NCBI GenBank assembly: GCA_050230475.1
Contig: JBFLGF010000148.1
Span: 1 to 64,000, forward strand
Source: Ancylonema sp.
Taxonomy: Eukaryota
Direction: 5' to 3'
DNA length: 64,000 nucleotides
The translations under genes were made by a program, and so were the position numbers. The notes under the pieces are model-generated. The model was not told where the DNA came from and did no database searches. It was given only the letters and a program-made list of their open reading frames with translations. Of this stretch, positions 13,561 to 26,430 are shown piece by piece. Within the stretch, counting starts at the first letter, position 1, and every line of letters begins with the position of its first letter.

Positions 13561-13608
13561 ACTAGTTGTTTGGGCCCGCCTTGCGCGTGGCGCAAGACCC
13601 GCTCTAGT
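13561..13608 (+). mobile_element. Helitron-like 3' terminus (hairpin + CTAG|T)
   Basis: CTTGCGC-gtg-GCGCAAG hairpin (13580-13596) lies 7 nt before CTAG (13604-13607), followed by T. The 5' end was not identified. Confidence 0.4.
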
Positions 13609-14187
13609 TTGTTATACAATAGAACCTCTATAAAACAACACTCTTTTAAAAAAATAACATCTCTTAAAGAAAATATAATTTATCCCCCCGAACGTTAGGG
13701 AGTAAAATTGTTCAGACTATCTAAATAAATGACCGGTTTTTTTGTGAATTATAAACATCTATATTTCAATATTTCAGATTACTGTACTGGACAAAAAAAA
13801 AACCCGGGTTTTAGAAGATAAATTAAATTCGACTAATGAACCACCAATTGACCCAACCGCGCACCCGATATAAAATTTCCCAATGTCTTGGAATACTTGG
13901 AATATGAAAAGGTGAATATAGTTGACTATAGTTGTATGATAAGGTGACTAAAATGATAGAGGTACCCACTTTCTACTTCAAAAAATGGATTTTGGACCCG
14001 ACCTCCCCTTTCCCCTCCCCTTAATTACTCTTCATCAATTCGTGGAATACTTATTACATTAGTTTCCTCACATAATCTATCGCAACCGTCTAAAATCAAT
14101 GATGTACACTTAAAATGCATGATCCATAGTCCTACCATATTATATTTTCATATGTTTTATATGTTTTTTCGACGAATCCAAGGTCGA

Positions 14188-14884
14188 CGAATCCTCAGTC
14201 CCATAAGCAATGCTCTAATGAATACGCAAGTCTCCCTTTTCCCGAAGTGGAAGGATCCACGGCAACGACTACCCCGTCCGCCAAAGGTTTCGCGGCGGGG
14301 ACGCAACAGCGGCGGGGAACGAGGTCCGAATGGAGTCCGACAAGAAAGTCGCTGGTGATTGAGGTAACGACACGCGGCCGCCTGAAGTGCGCCAATGGCG
14401 AACTCGTGATTCTGACTCAGTCAATTATTGGTTCTGAAAGTTTACATCTCCACCTGGCAAGCCACATGTCGTTTCCTAGTACTAACTGGCGTCCCGTCTC
14501 CACGTGGATCAGAGAGGATTACGGTCCCGTTCACACGCTTAAAAAGTTAAGCATATAGAAATTATAAAACTGTGTTTTACTGGACATCGTGACCTCAGAT
14601 GGCCTCAGATCGAACTGTCTTTTAGAATCTGTTCTGTTCCAGTAAGAACGAAGAAAGCCTAAACAAAGTGGCAGTGACCTCTTTCAGAACCAAGAGTTGA
14701 CTGAAAGAGCGAATCACGAGTTCGCCAATGGCACACTTCAGGCGGCCACGTGGACCTGGTTCCCCGCCGTTGTTGCGTCCCCGCCGCGAAACCTTCGGCG
14801 GACGGGGTAGTCGTTGCTGTGGGGTGCTTGGGAAAGGGAGACTTGCGTCTTCATGAGAGCATTGCTTATGGGACAGAGGATTCG
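14188..14884. repeat. Long inverted repeat (arms 14188-14440 and 14681-14884) immediately upstream of the LPLAT start codon
   Basis: The arms are reverse complements, e.g. CAACGACTACCCCGTCCGCC / GGCGGACGGGGTAGTCGTTG. The left arm has an extra ~40 bp; the spacer is 240 bp. Confidence 0.9.
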
Positions 14885-14925
14885 ACGAGGGAAAATATAG
14901 AAGCTGTGTTTCAGCTGGCGGGAAA

Positions 14926-17900
14926 ATGGTTACGTCAGAGGATGTCTTGGAATTTCTAGGAATATCTGCTGCCGTCGGCCAATTCCTGTTATTCTTTGTC
15001 TCAAGCATCCCCTGCTGCTGGCTTCATAGATTCATCCATGGCACAACCCTGCGACATACGTTCTCCGCAGCGAGTGGCGCGATTCTCTCATATTTGGCCT
15101 TTGGAGTGGGTGCAAATCTGCACTTTGCAGTGACCATTTTACTAGGCTACACCGCGATGCTCGTAGATAGGAAGAGGAGTGGGCTTATCACATTTACATT
15201 AACCATGGCATTCCTGATTGGATGGTAAGCTGACTGTCCCGCCATCAAATCTGAAGGCATTTTTCATATCAACTCGCCTAATTGACTGCTCATATAAAAT
15301 GTTGAATTCGAAAAATAATTGACCTTCTTTTTTGCGTTACCAGTCATTTGATTGTTACAGGTGCCTACAAGAGGTTTTTTATTGTCCAGGTGCCTTAGTA
15401 ACAGTGGACTTTGTTTTGTTGTCTGGCTGAAGAGACTTTGTAAATCTTGCATTTGAACGAGTATGATGTTGCATGGTGTATGTGTGAATTCGCCGACTAG
15501 TGGGAAAATATGCCAATGAGTTAGGAAAAAACATGCCTGTGAAAGTATTCGTTATATTTGATTAATGTTTTTAAACTCCTATTTAAACTTCTTCAATCCG
15601 TTTTTGATTTTGTAAGTATTTGTTCAACGTCTGTGTGTACGGGATGTGAGTTATACCTTCGAACGCTGTGTTCTGCCAAGGTCTTTATGTGTTTTATGTA
15701 GGAAAGATGAAGGCCTATGCAGTCATTGTGGTTTTCTTCGTGGCACAGCGATAAAGTGCCTGAGAAAAAAAAAAAACTCCCTATAGTCCCATTGGTTTTG
15801 AAGTATGCAACTTTGACAGGGGTATGTTGCTGAATTCCTGGCGATGCTATTTTCTTTTGGTCGCAGCCACGTTTGGTACATGAGCGGCAACGCATGGACA
15901 GACGGCGGCATCGACTTCACAGGTAAAACGGACTTGATCACATAATTAGAGTCACGTTGTACTTGTCACTGCAGGTCTTATAAATTCTGAAGTAATTCTG
16001 AAGTCATTCACTATTTGTAGCCTTTTGGTCTGCTTGTGGTCACAGAAGAGTATGTGAATGTTGTTCCCTCTGTGTTGTGCATGCAATTGAAGGTATTTCT
16101 GACTCATTACTAATCCGCCCGAATTTAACCTTGAATATCAGGAGCGCTGATGATTATCACGCTAAAGACGATCGGAGCTGCGTTTGACTACCAGGATGGC
16201 TTGCTGTCTGAGGCTGATCTCAAGGAAGCGCAGAAGCAGAACTTCATTTCTCGACTTCCCAGTATCCTGGAGTACATGGGATACTCCCTCAACTGCGGCA
16301 CACATTTTGCAGGCCCAGTGTATGGCATTCGTGCATACTTAGATTGGACAAGTAGAAAAGGGGTAAGTTTATCCGGAAAAGGTTATTGTCCAGGGTATTT
16401 TCGGGCATTTCTTTGTCAGTTGTTACAATAAACGGAGCAGTGGTGAAGGTTTAAGGTGCTATGCTTTCATACAGCCCCAGAAAGAATACCGCACTGTCTA
16501 TCTGTGCTATCTGTGCTGTCTATTTGAACCTGTAAATATGCGCACAAACTGGTAGTCTTCAGAGGCTATGTTGAAGTCAGGATGAACAATGCTCCTTCTC
16601 TGTAGCGTTTCTCCCGATCCGTAGTTTGCTGCAAACGTTGTTGCCAAGGGAAGGTTTTTGGACACTGGTGCAGGTCTGGAGTGACAAGCAGGAGCACCCT
16701 CCCCCCACGCCCTTCCCTGCCACAGGGCGAGCACTGGTGCAGGCTGTGATCTGCATGATATTGTGCATCAGAATTGTACCCCTCTGCCCCCTCACCATCT
16801 TCACGTCTTCGGAATTCCAGACTCTGCCAGCCTGGAGGTGCTGGGTTTACATGTACATAGCTTGTGTAGCTACCAGACTCAAGTATTACTTTATATGGAG
16901 CATAGCGGAGGCATCCATGGTCATGTCAGGCTTAGGGTTTAGTGGCTGGAAGAGCTCGGACACAGAGGGCAAGGAGGGAGGGAAGGTGGAGGCGAGTTGG
17001 GAACGGGCGAAAAACTGCAAAATATTGAATGTGGAGTTTGCAGACTCGGCTGTGAGGTTCCCTCTCAACTGGAATATTTCAGTCAGCAACTGGCTGCGTG
17101 TGTGTATCCTGCTCACCGCCTTCCACTTCCTTTATACCCTAAACAAAGAGCCCAATAACCAGACAACTTTGACTGGACATTTTGAAACTAATTTCCCCTG
17201 GCATATACATTCTGAATTCAATCAATCCTTTGCTTCAAATTGCGAGCATTTTTCGCACTGGTATCATCCACGTAGAGTGTGCAGATTGAGGGTCAAAGGT
17301 GGTCGTAAAAAGCGTTGTTGGTTATGACCTGTCAGCATTCCCTGTACCGCCTCCGCATAACCATGGATGTACCAAAGACTTTGATTGCTCTAGACTCGGA
17401 AGTGATTTTTGGTTCCTGGAATTTCTTAACCCTGAACTGGTTCTTCAGATGTGTACGAGAGATTGACTCCTCTGGGCAAGAAGGGAGGGTTCAAGGAGCT
17501 CATGGCCACCCAAATCACCTCTGCACTATGGCATGTAAGTTTGGCAGGACACTAATTATACACAGTTGTGTTTGATCATATCGGACATTCAAAGATATTG
17601 TTTCAATACTCCAAGGTGGGTAGGATATCATGACTTTAAGGGGGTTCAGGATTTCAAAACATCTTTGGCACCTACTTACGAACACATTCTTCAGCATGTT
17701 CAAAAGATCTCACTACTAGTCCTAAGGCATCCAGAGTGATCTCACACATCCGTCGTTGACATTTGTTTTCTGTGTGACAACTTTTCGTAGAAAGTCGGGA
17801 ATGGGGAGTGAGAGAAGGTGCACGTTTTTGGGCCAACAATAGAATGTGTATCGCATACTTCGAGGGCGAAATCGACTGGTGCTGAATCAACTCTGATCCG

Positions 17901-19223
17901 TTGTGTGTGTGTTTTTAGCGTGTCACCAGGGCCTCTACCCTGGATTTCTATTCATGTTTGTCGGCACAGGGCTCATGATGTTTGGATCCAGAGGTCAGTT
18001 GGGGGGGGACAAGTGGACGGTGTTGAGGATACTTTATGACCCCATTTTACAAGTCGAACAAGTGTAGTAAACTCTAATGTAAAGTCTTGCGTACCATGTT
18101 AACATTTTATGTTAGGAGGAATCGATGGATATTGTTGGGAGAGGCGAAGGCCCTTTTGGCCGGATGGAGAACGATATAGTTCTCCTGCCGTGTACCTGGC
18201 CAATTTCATTTTTCGTTTTTCTTTTTTTCCTGCACATGAAATGTCTACTTTGCTGTGATGACTACTCACTACACCACCTGTTGTTGTCCCAAGGTTTGAC
18301 TAAATGCCATGAGGACTTGCTGTGGCAGTTGACAAGAAGGTGAAGATTCTCTTCAGGGATCTGTACATGATATTTGAACCTGTTTCTCACTGATAAAAGG
18401 TATAGAAAGCTTGCATACGGAAAGCAACCAGAACCATTTAAGGGGCTGCGTATTGTGTGAATCCAACCTCTTTGAATGCGGCACCTGACTGCCTACCCTC
18501 GCTTCTTGGTGGCAGTCATCTACCGCGTCCAATCCGCGATCCCCCCCAAGCAGAAAGCAGTCCGGCTGTGTGCCAAGATCGCCCATGGCCTGTATGCCGC
18601 TTTCTGCAACAACTATGCAGCCACTGGGTTCATTGTAAGCCTGCATCCCATAGGCGGGTGGGGTACAGCCAAACTCGTGCAAAGGCAATCTCTGTACAGG
18701 CACATGCCTCACCTATGCATTAAAAGTTAGCAAACAGAAATCAGTCACCCTGAAAATTTCATCTTCTGTTATGGCATTCCCTCCATTAAAAACAATAAAA
18801 ATAGCGTCAAACTTGTGCCTTTTGAGAAGTTTGACTGCACACAGACTGTAAGCTGAGACATTCTGTTGAGGATGCTCTATTTTATGTGCCCCTGTTTAAT
18901 GAAAGAGCACCTTGTGCATGGTCTCTGCTGTTCATTTGTGGAGTACATAATTGGTCAGCAATGCACCGTTATCTTTATACATGTCATCCATGGCATTGCA
19001 TTTTCCACTCATGTATAAGGCCCTCGTCCTACAGGTTTTGTATACTCGGGATACCCTGATGGCATACAGAGGTGTATACTACCTAGGCACAATTGTTCCC
19101 GTCACCATCATCATCATTGGGGCTGTCTTCCCTCCCAAGAAAGCATCACGCAGAGCAAAGACAGAAGGAAGTTCGCCCGCGGCGGACCGGAGTGGGGAGA
19201 AAGAAATAAAGAAGGAGTTGTAG
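14926..19223 (+). CDS. LPCAT: MBOAT-family lysophospholipid acyltransferase (LPLAT/LPCAT); exons 14926-15224, 15867-15922, 16142-16362, 16674-17103, 17449-17534, 17930-17993, 18516-18634, 19035-19223
   Basis: Spliced translation contains CHVWYMSGNAWTDGGIDFTGALMIITLK, HFAGPVY, KYYFIWSIAEAS, WNISVSNWLRVYVYERL and the catalytic SALWHGLYPG, matching plant LPLAT1/2. All introns are GT-AG with consistent phases. Confidence 0.95.
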
Positions 19224-20204
19224 GGACGACGGAAACTTTAGGCTCAAAAGTCTGTTGGTCACCTAGATTGAGGCACTTTGTAGCTTTGTATTCGTTATAA
19301 TTTGTCTTTGTAGGTACGAATACTAAGATCAAATAAAAACTACTACTCTCAAGATCGAAAATATTCTTTCTCACATTCGTAATCCCACTGTTGTGACCCT
19401 CAGTTTTGAGTTGTCCCTCAATTAGTATTATTTTTTCATGTGTGAATGGAATCGTTTCACTTAAGGGTTTTCGCGAGTTTTTGATCTCAATCGGAAAATC
19501 CTGATTGTGGTTTCATTACTATCTTTGCTGAATGTGCTTCTCGCCATGTCACCAATGTCAAGCGGGAAGTTCTATGTACCTCAGCTCCAAGTTTGCTTGA
19601 ATAAGTTTCCGAGCAAAGCTTTTGAAATATTTATAATCGACCTTCAACGACAAGCTCACACTCCATCTATCCTTGGCTTGTTTTGGGCTCAAACATGGCT
19701 CCATTGTTCTCATTTCTTCGTGGCAGGTTGGATTCGTAGTTATGTAGTACCACATTTTGAGCAATCTGGGATATGACTGAAGATATTGCAACAATTCTGT
19801 ATAAGACTCATACAATACTGTTGTAATATCTTAAGTCATATCCCGTATCGCTCAATATGTGGTACTACATAACTAATAAATTTGACTCATATTATGAGTC
19901 AAATTTCTTGTACATGCATTATATGATAGGAGGTGCTTGTGGTATGAAGGAAATTATATTTGTACGCTAAGACACACACGTAGACGTCTCGACTTGTACA
20001 CCTCTACAGGTTCACATAAATATTGATAACATTTATTGTATTTTGTGATATTATTTAGAAGCCATGTTTCCCACGTAACGATGACGTGAGATCCCGTCAA
20101 GTGCCACAAAAACTATGGTCGTGGACTAGGATGTATAATATGTTTTCAATGTGTTTTTATATTTTTATATTTTTATATTTTTTTGATATTTTTATGTGTA
20201 TGTT

Positions 20205-20448
<244 letters not shown>

Positions 20449-21469
20449 GTGTTTTTTTGTTGTTTTTTATTTTTCTATTTTTATCGCATCATACCACGTC
20501 ACGCCACGGAGTCGGACTCATGAGTGACATTAGATGATGTCAAACTTGTGGCGTATGGTGCACATTGTGCAAGAAGTCGGTTTTGAACAAAATCAACCAT
20601 ATCTCCGCACTGCGGCATTTTTTGGTAAAAAGGTTTTTTGGCCTGTGGCCCCGCCCCGCAAATTCCGCCCCGCTTTTCGCCCCGAGCGAAATTGCCCCGG
20701 GCAAGAAATCTTTCACCCGGGGCAGGGCCTTCTGGGCCCAGAACCCGGACCCGGAGGCCAAAGGAGCCGGTTTTAGAGCGGTGGTAGACCAGATGGTAGT
20801 AGACCAGATGGTAGATTGGTGGTAGACCAGACTTGGCGGGTGGGGGGGGTGAGGCGGGTGGGGTTGGTGGGAGGGGTAGTCTAGATGTGGCGGGCGGGGG
20901 GGATGAAGGAAGTGAGGCGGATGGGGAGGGCGGCCAGGAATCTGAAGATGCTCAACACTGCCCTCGATGCGGAGTCAGCCAGCCATCAAGTGAATTTGAG
21001 CCGGGAATAGCCGTTTGTATTAGAAGAAGACAAAAGAAAGCACATGGCCGTGTGAGGGGGGAGGCATTAAGAAGAGCCCTACTTTGAGAGGAAAGTGGAA
21101 AAAAATGGTGCACAGGATGCGGGGCTTCCACCTAGAAAGCGTTTTTGATGGCGACAATAAGACATGTAGGATCAAGTTATAAAAAGTAAGATTGGGTAGG
21201 CAGGCGAAAAAAATAAACTCCTCCAAGGCCTGGTCTCCTCTAAACCAATTGCGCCCAGCTAGCCAGCAATAATCGGAGCCAGGACAAGAGCAACTGGACG
21301 CCAAGTGCTCCCGGAGCTGAATGGGCTGAGGACAAAGACGGTTGGCATTGCTCGGGATGCAAACGAGTACGCGGCATTTATAATGGTAGTGCGTTATGGC
21401 GTTATGCTTGTCAACAAAGTGAATATAGTGGATGAAACGGTTTTAGAGCCCGGGACCGGAATTGGGATC

Positions 21470-23240
21470 GGAGCTCATGTCTCATTAAAATTTTACAAAA
21501 AAACAAGAAAAAGTAGCGTGCTTATATCTATAGAACGTTGATTGCCAGGGGAAAAATCATATAGTGCGTGCATGATTTGTTGTTTTTTTTGTTTTGACAT
21601 GGGACATTCAATCGCGATAATTTTGCGTAGCATGTCAACATAAACAAATGTGGTATACCGTAGTGGGCACACTTCATGTTTCGTGCTATTCCAAATCGAA
21701 TAAACCAATCAATAATTCGTAAAAATTGTTTCGGAAATCCGGTACTTCCTATCAATTACTTCTAGATATTATTCCGGGATACCTGTATATCAAATAAAAA
21801 TAAAATAAAAAAATATAGTGAATGTCAATGATTTATAGCCAACCAGTATACCTTCTAAGGAATTAACACAAATGATTGATTTCGGGTTTGAATATTTACA
21901 TATAAATAATCAAGTATGCCCGGTACGGTGAACGACATGGAATACTGTTATCGAAATATTGATGATTGACAAACGGTGTTGGTTGTTCACGTTGTTTCAA
22001 GTGCCGTTCAACTTAGTTACATTCTCGGAAAATGTGAATCAAATTCAAACACAACACTCAGAGATAGTCTGATATTTTATGATTTCTATACAAAAAACAC
22101 TTTGATAGGCGGACATCATACATATTATAAGTTTTGTATTTGCGTAATATAGAATGATCATATGAGAACTTATTGTGACAATTTATTCGAGTCACGCACA
22201 ATTTATCGACAAATCACCAAATATTGTCATCAGTTTACGAACGATATTGGATACTCATGAAGATATCGAAAATTGTAGGATTGTTGTGGTATTTCAAATC
22301 TTGTTCAAATATGATCACTAGTAGAGCTCATATCATGCATGGATAACAAAACGAGTAATTCTAATTGAAGTGGATATTTCAAATGTAAAGCGCATTGTTT
22401 TTTTTAGAGTACGGACATCGCCTAAATGAGAACGAAGACGGAACATGTCCAAACCACTTTTAAAATAATAATAAAAAAAAACAAAAAAAAAACGACAAAA
22501 GACAGAAGGCAAGACTGTAGACATAAAATCGCAGTGAGTCCATGACGATTTACGCAAACTACATCCAAAATCACGTCCCGACACCAGTGTTGCAAAAAAA
22601 TGGGGATGCGACCGTCTACACCGGCTTGCATCCTCGACCGACTCGAACTACATCTTGGATGCTCGAGAGAACTCTCTCATATCCGTCGTTCATACATCGT
22701 ACAACACAACACGGATTCCAATTCGATGAATTCAGTTTGAAAGGTATTCAATCGACACCAACGATCGGAAGTTGTACACCACTTGTAACTTTAGTGTGTA
22801 CATTTTAAGATTCAAAACCAACAAACTCTTGGGGAGCCCAACCGAATGACCTGGGCTCCAAGCTCCGGAAGATCCGGGCTTAAATTCGGCGCCCAGAACC
22901 CGGAACCCGGAGGCCAAATCCCGGAGCTTGATTAAGAGCCCCGAGCCGAGTCCGGAACTTGGCTCGGAGCTCAAATCTTATGGTTTTTTTGACAAGAGAG
23001 GTGAAACAGTATCTACTAATAACGAACATTGATTGTCGGGGTTTTTTTTCATTAGAGTGCGTACATGTGGAATATAACATGTTGACATGGGGCATTCAAT
23101 CGCGATATATCCATTGAATTCCGCGTTGTATGTAAATAATAAACCAAAACGAGTATGCCGTACGGGGCAAACTTCATGGTTCACCCTTTTACCAAACGTA
23201 TACATTCATTAATGATGTGTAAAACTTAATCCGGGTACTT
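21470..23240. repeat. Diverged ~280-bp direct repeat (21470-21760 and 22960-23240), probably decayed DNA-transposon sequence
   Basis: Shared blocks such as TTGACATGGGrCATTCAATCGCGATA, GGGCAmACTTCATG and GGAGCTCA...TCttA. Confidence 0.55.
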
Positions 23241-24097
23241 GCAATTGTTACCTAGAATATGATAAGTTTCATTTAAAAAAATATATTTATTCACCGGAAG
23301 TTATCTTTTTCGCCAAACAAGCATTTTGCACGTAGTAAAATCTAATGTCCACCGAGAAACATATTTTTTCACCGCAATATGCATTTTTACCCAATCTGGC
23401 ATTGTAAACTTACATACATTTTTGTGTCGAACGTGCATTTCATAACAAAATACGAATTTTCACCAAACCATGCATTCTTTACTACAATTACGTTCTACTT
23501 TATTTTACCGAAACTTGTTTTGTTTGGGTAAGCAAAAAAGAGAATGCAAACATATCGTCGTCGCGATAGGAATCGGTTGCTTATAGCGGATACGCCCCCG
23601 TTATAGCCGATTGGTTAGTGGCTCTCCGCCTTAGCCGGGCGTTATTTATGTGTTCTTAGGAGTTACATGTTCACCGTGTACCACGGGCCCTTGCAAGTGA
23701 GATCACGATTGCTGGCCGTGGCCTCTGATTGGCTTAGGGAGATTTCATCGTAAACGTTACGCTCTTAGAGTTGCCGCTGATTTCGCACGTGCGGGGGTGC
23801 CTCACCCACTGCACTAAATGAGGACCAGGAGTAGCGTTGTACCCTAACTTTTCTGATAACTTCCCGGAACTTCTATCATCGCCTCGCACGTGTCTTGTAT
23901 TAGTCTGTGTATTGATACCGTTGCGTTGAGTTGTGTTTGGAAGTTGGCGGGAACCCATTAGCCGAACAGATCGCCAGCTCACGGCGTATTTGGGCGACCA
24001 AGGTCTCCATTGCCTTGGATGGTTTATCGGAAGAGTTGCATCTATCAGTTGGGTCTGACTAAGCCCGACCCCCACCCGCTGCGCACATGACTGCTGA

Positions 24098-25700
24098 ATG
24101 TCATGGCGACGTAGTGGAAGTGGCCGTCTAGGTCGTAGTTTATCAGACAACACTCTCGCGTCACGACCCGCAGGCTCGCGGTCCGGCTCTCCAGCTGACG
24201 AGACAAAAGAGACCACATCACCGCTAGCTCCGCGGGAGGTTTTGCTCAACCGACAGATTCTAGAAGACGACTCTGAAGACATGGGCGACTCTATCGCTCA
24301 CTACAACGGGGAGATAGGCTCCCACCAAACAAACTTCTTCATTGATGCCCGCGGCCTCTATTACAAGGTCGCGATGCGTCCGGCCCGCATCAAGAAGGGC
24401 TATGGAGAGATATAATTCCTCCTATATGACTTGGCTCCTTTCCTCGGGCGGGATGCCAGGAAAGTTCTGACCAGCCACGTCACCGAAAGGACTGCGGTCT
24501 TTCTAGCCGGCCATGCGGATCACCAGCGGCAAGCAGATAGAGTTGCCGCCCGCAGAGCCTAGACGACCTCCCGACCCAGCACATCCTCCTCAGCCTCCGC
24601 TAGTCGATGAACCGGACGACATCGAATCTTTCTTCGTTGCCATCCGGCTGCGGTTCATCAGCAACGTTACCGGAGCCTTCAACAGGCTGCGTAACTTCTA
24701 GGCGGACCCACACGACTCCGTCCACATGATCTTCACGAAGATCGATAAAGATGCCACTGCCTGTGAGCAGTGTGGACGGACCATCCCGAGGGAGGGGGCG
24801 TTGCGGTTCTACAACGCTCTACCTAGAGTTGACAAGATCGAGATGGACGCTGACTACAGAGCTGAGGAGGCGAGACGGCTGGCTGCAGGCTTGCGAGCCA
24901 TGGGCCGCGATAAGATTCGCACCATCGCTGCTGCAGCGGAGAATACGCTGCACGCCAGGACGGTTGAGTTCCGTAACTTCGGGTTAGATCCGGCCAACAA
25001 CAACGTCACCAACCTGATTTTGCAGCCCGTGGCGAGGAGGGTGCAGATATTGCAAGGGAACTCAGGCCACCAGTAGCAACAACAGCGGTCATCTAGGAGG
25101 CAGAACTCTGCTCCCACTTGCTCCAACCTACCCTCAGTCTCTACTCCATCTCCTACTCCTGCCTACTCTGGCCGCCACGACCGTGCCTGCCACACGTGCG
25201 GCCAGAGAGGTCATTTGATGCGACATTGGCCGTCCAAGCCGACATCATCGGGAGCTGGCCAATCGCAGGCAATTGCTAGCAGAGGTGGCCAGCAGCAATG
25301 TCAGACACAGTAGCGTCCTTCTACATCTGCTGCCTCGGGAGCTGCAAGCACACCTCCATCTGCACCGTTGTAAAGGTGGAACCTCACGGATGCAGATCGG
25401 ACGAAGCGTGTCAAGTGCACTTTTTTCCACACGATGCACCACACCGAAGCGGAGTGCAAGCAAAAGCAAGCTGGATACTCTCCACCTTCCTCCCATGCCA
25501 CCCAACATGCTCTGCAAGCTCAACAAGGCACCATGATGCAGCACATCGACGAGCTGCACAAGCCTGAGCCTCGCTACCTCAACCACGGCTATGTGGTGGA
25601 GGATGACCCCTTTCTACAAGGGTGCCGACTGCCTCTCAAGTCGGCATTGAAGTTGCAAGCAGCAACACATGACCTGAATCTGAGGAGATCTTCCAGATAA
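24098..25700 (+). pseudogene. Degenerate gag of family 3
   Basis: ORF fragments broken by stops and frameshifts. Zinc knuckle CHTCGQRGHLMRHW (~25188-25229) and a second HHTEAEC knuckle remnant. Confidence 0.7.
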
Positions 25701-25859
25701 GGTGCAAGGGAGGCTGCCGGCAAGAAAGTAGCCTGGGATCCGGTGACGGAGGAGCCGATCAGATATGAAGAGTCCGGACCACTCTTGTCCGAGTCTGCTT
25801 CCAAAATGGGAGAGCGACTGGCCACGCAGCCAACTCCTTCCATCTCTACTGATCCGAGC

Positions 25860-26423
25860 AAGTTGCGTAAGCGAAGGGATGCAATATTCACAGAATTGCA
25901 AGGATTCAGATAACACAGAAGATTGTAGGAAGAGATTTCTTAACAGCACAATCTGACAGCGGAAGTTGGCAGATATGAAAGTACAAATGGTCTTTTATCA
26001 AAAAATTGTTGCGCGGTGCTAACGGGCATAGTTAACTAGAGTTAAGCTATCGAAGATAACGACAGGCTGGCTTCTATAACATTACAATTAATATCGGCGC
26101 TCCGATGAAAACGGCGCGAGATATTCCTCTAGTTCTACGGCTGGATTTAATCGCGGGGATTATTGACAAGTCGAAAGTGACTTGTGATTTTAACAAAATC
26201 GACACGCAGCTATTTGTTGAAGACTCCTGGATTCTAGACTTCGGAAAATACGCCACGCGTTATTTTCGAGTCGTACAAAATTTCGTACTTCACTATTTTT
26301 CTTGTAAAGTACTAGTTTAGAAAATCGTTATATCGAACACTCTCGTTATACACAATATTAATCTATAGGGGTTTCTAATCACTCTAGAGGGGTTTCGCCT
26401 TAGCGATCTCTAGCGTCATGACC
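25860..26423 (-). mobile_element. Fragment of a family 1 A repeat, located where the PR-RT-RH region of family 3 is missing
   Basis: Nearly identical to 47225-47789. Ends in the reverse complement of TGTCATGACGCTAGAGATCG. Confidence 0.85.
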
Positions 26424-26430
26424 CCCTTTC

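Noticed and set aside
20580..23550. Mutator/FAR1-like transposase remnant
   Set aside because: Only weak Cys-containing fragments; no DDE core, TIRs or TSD could be supported.
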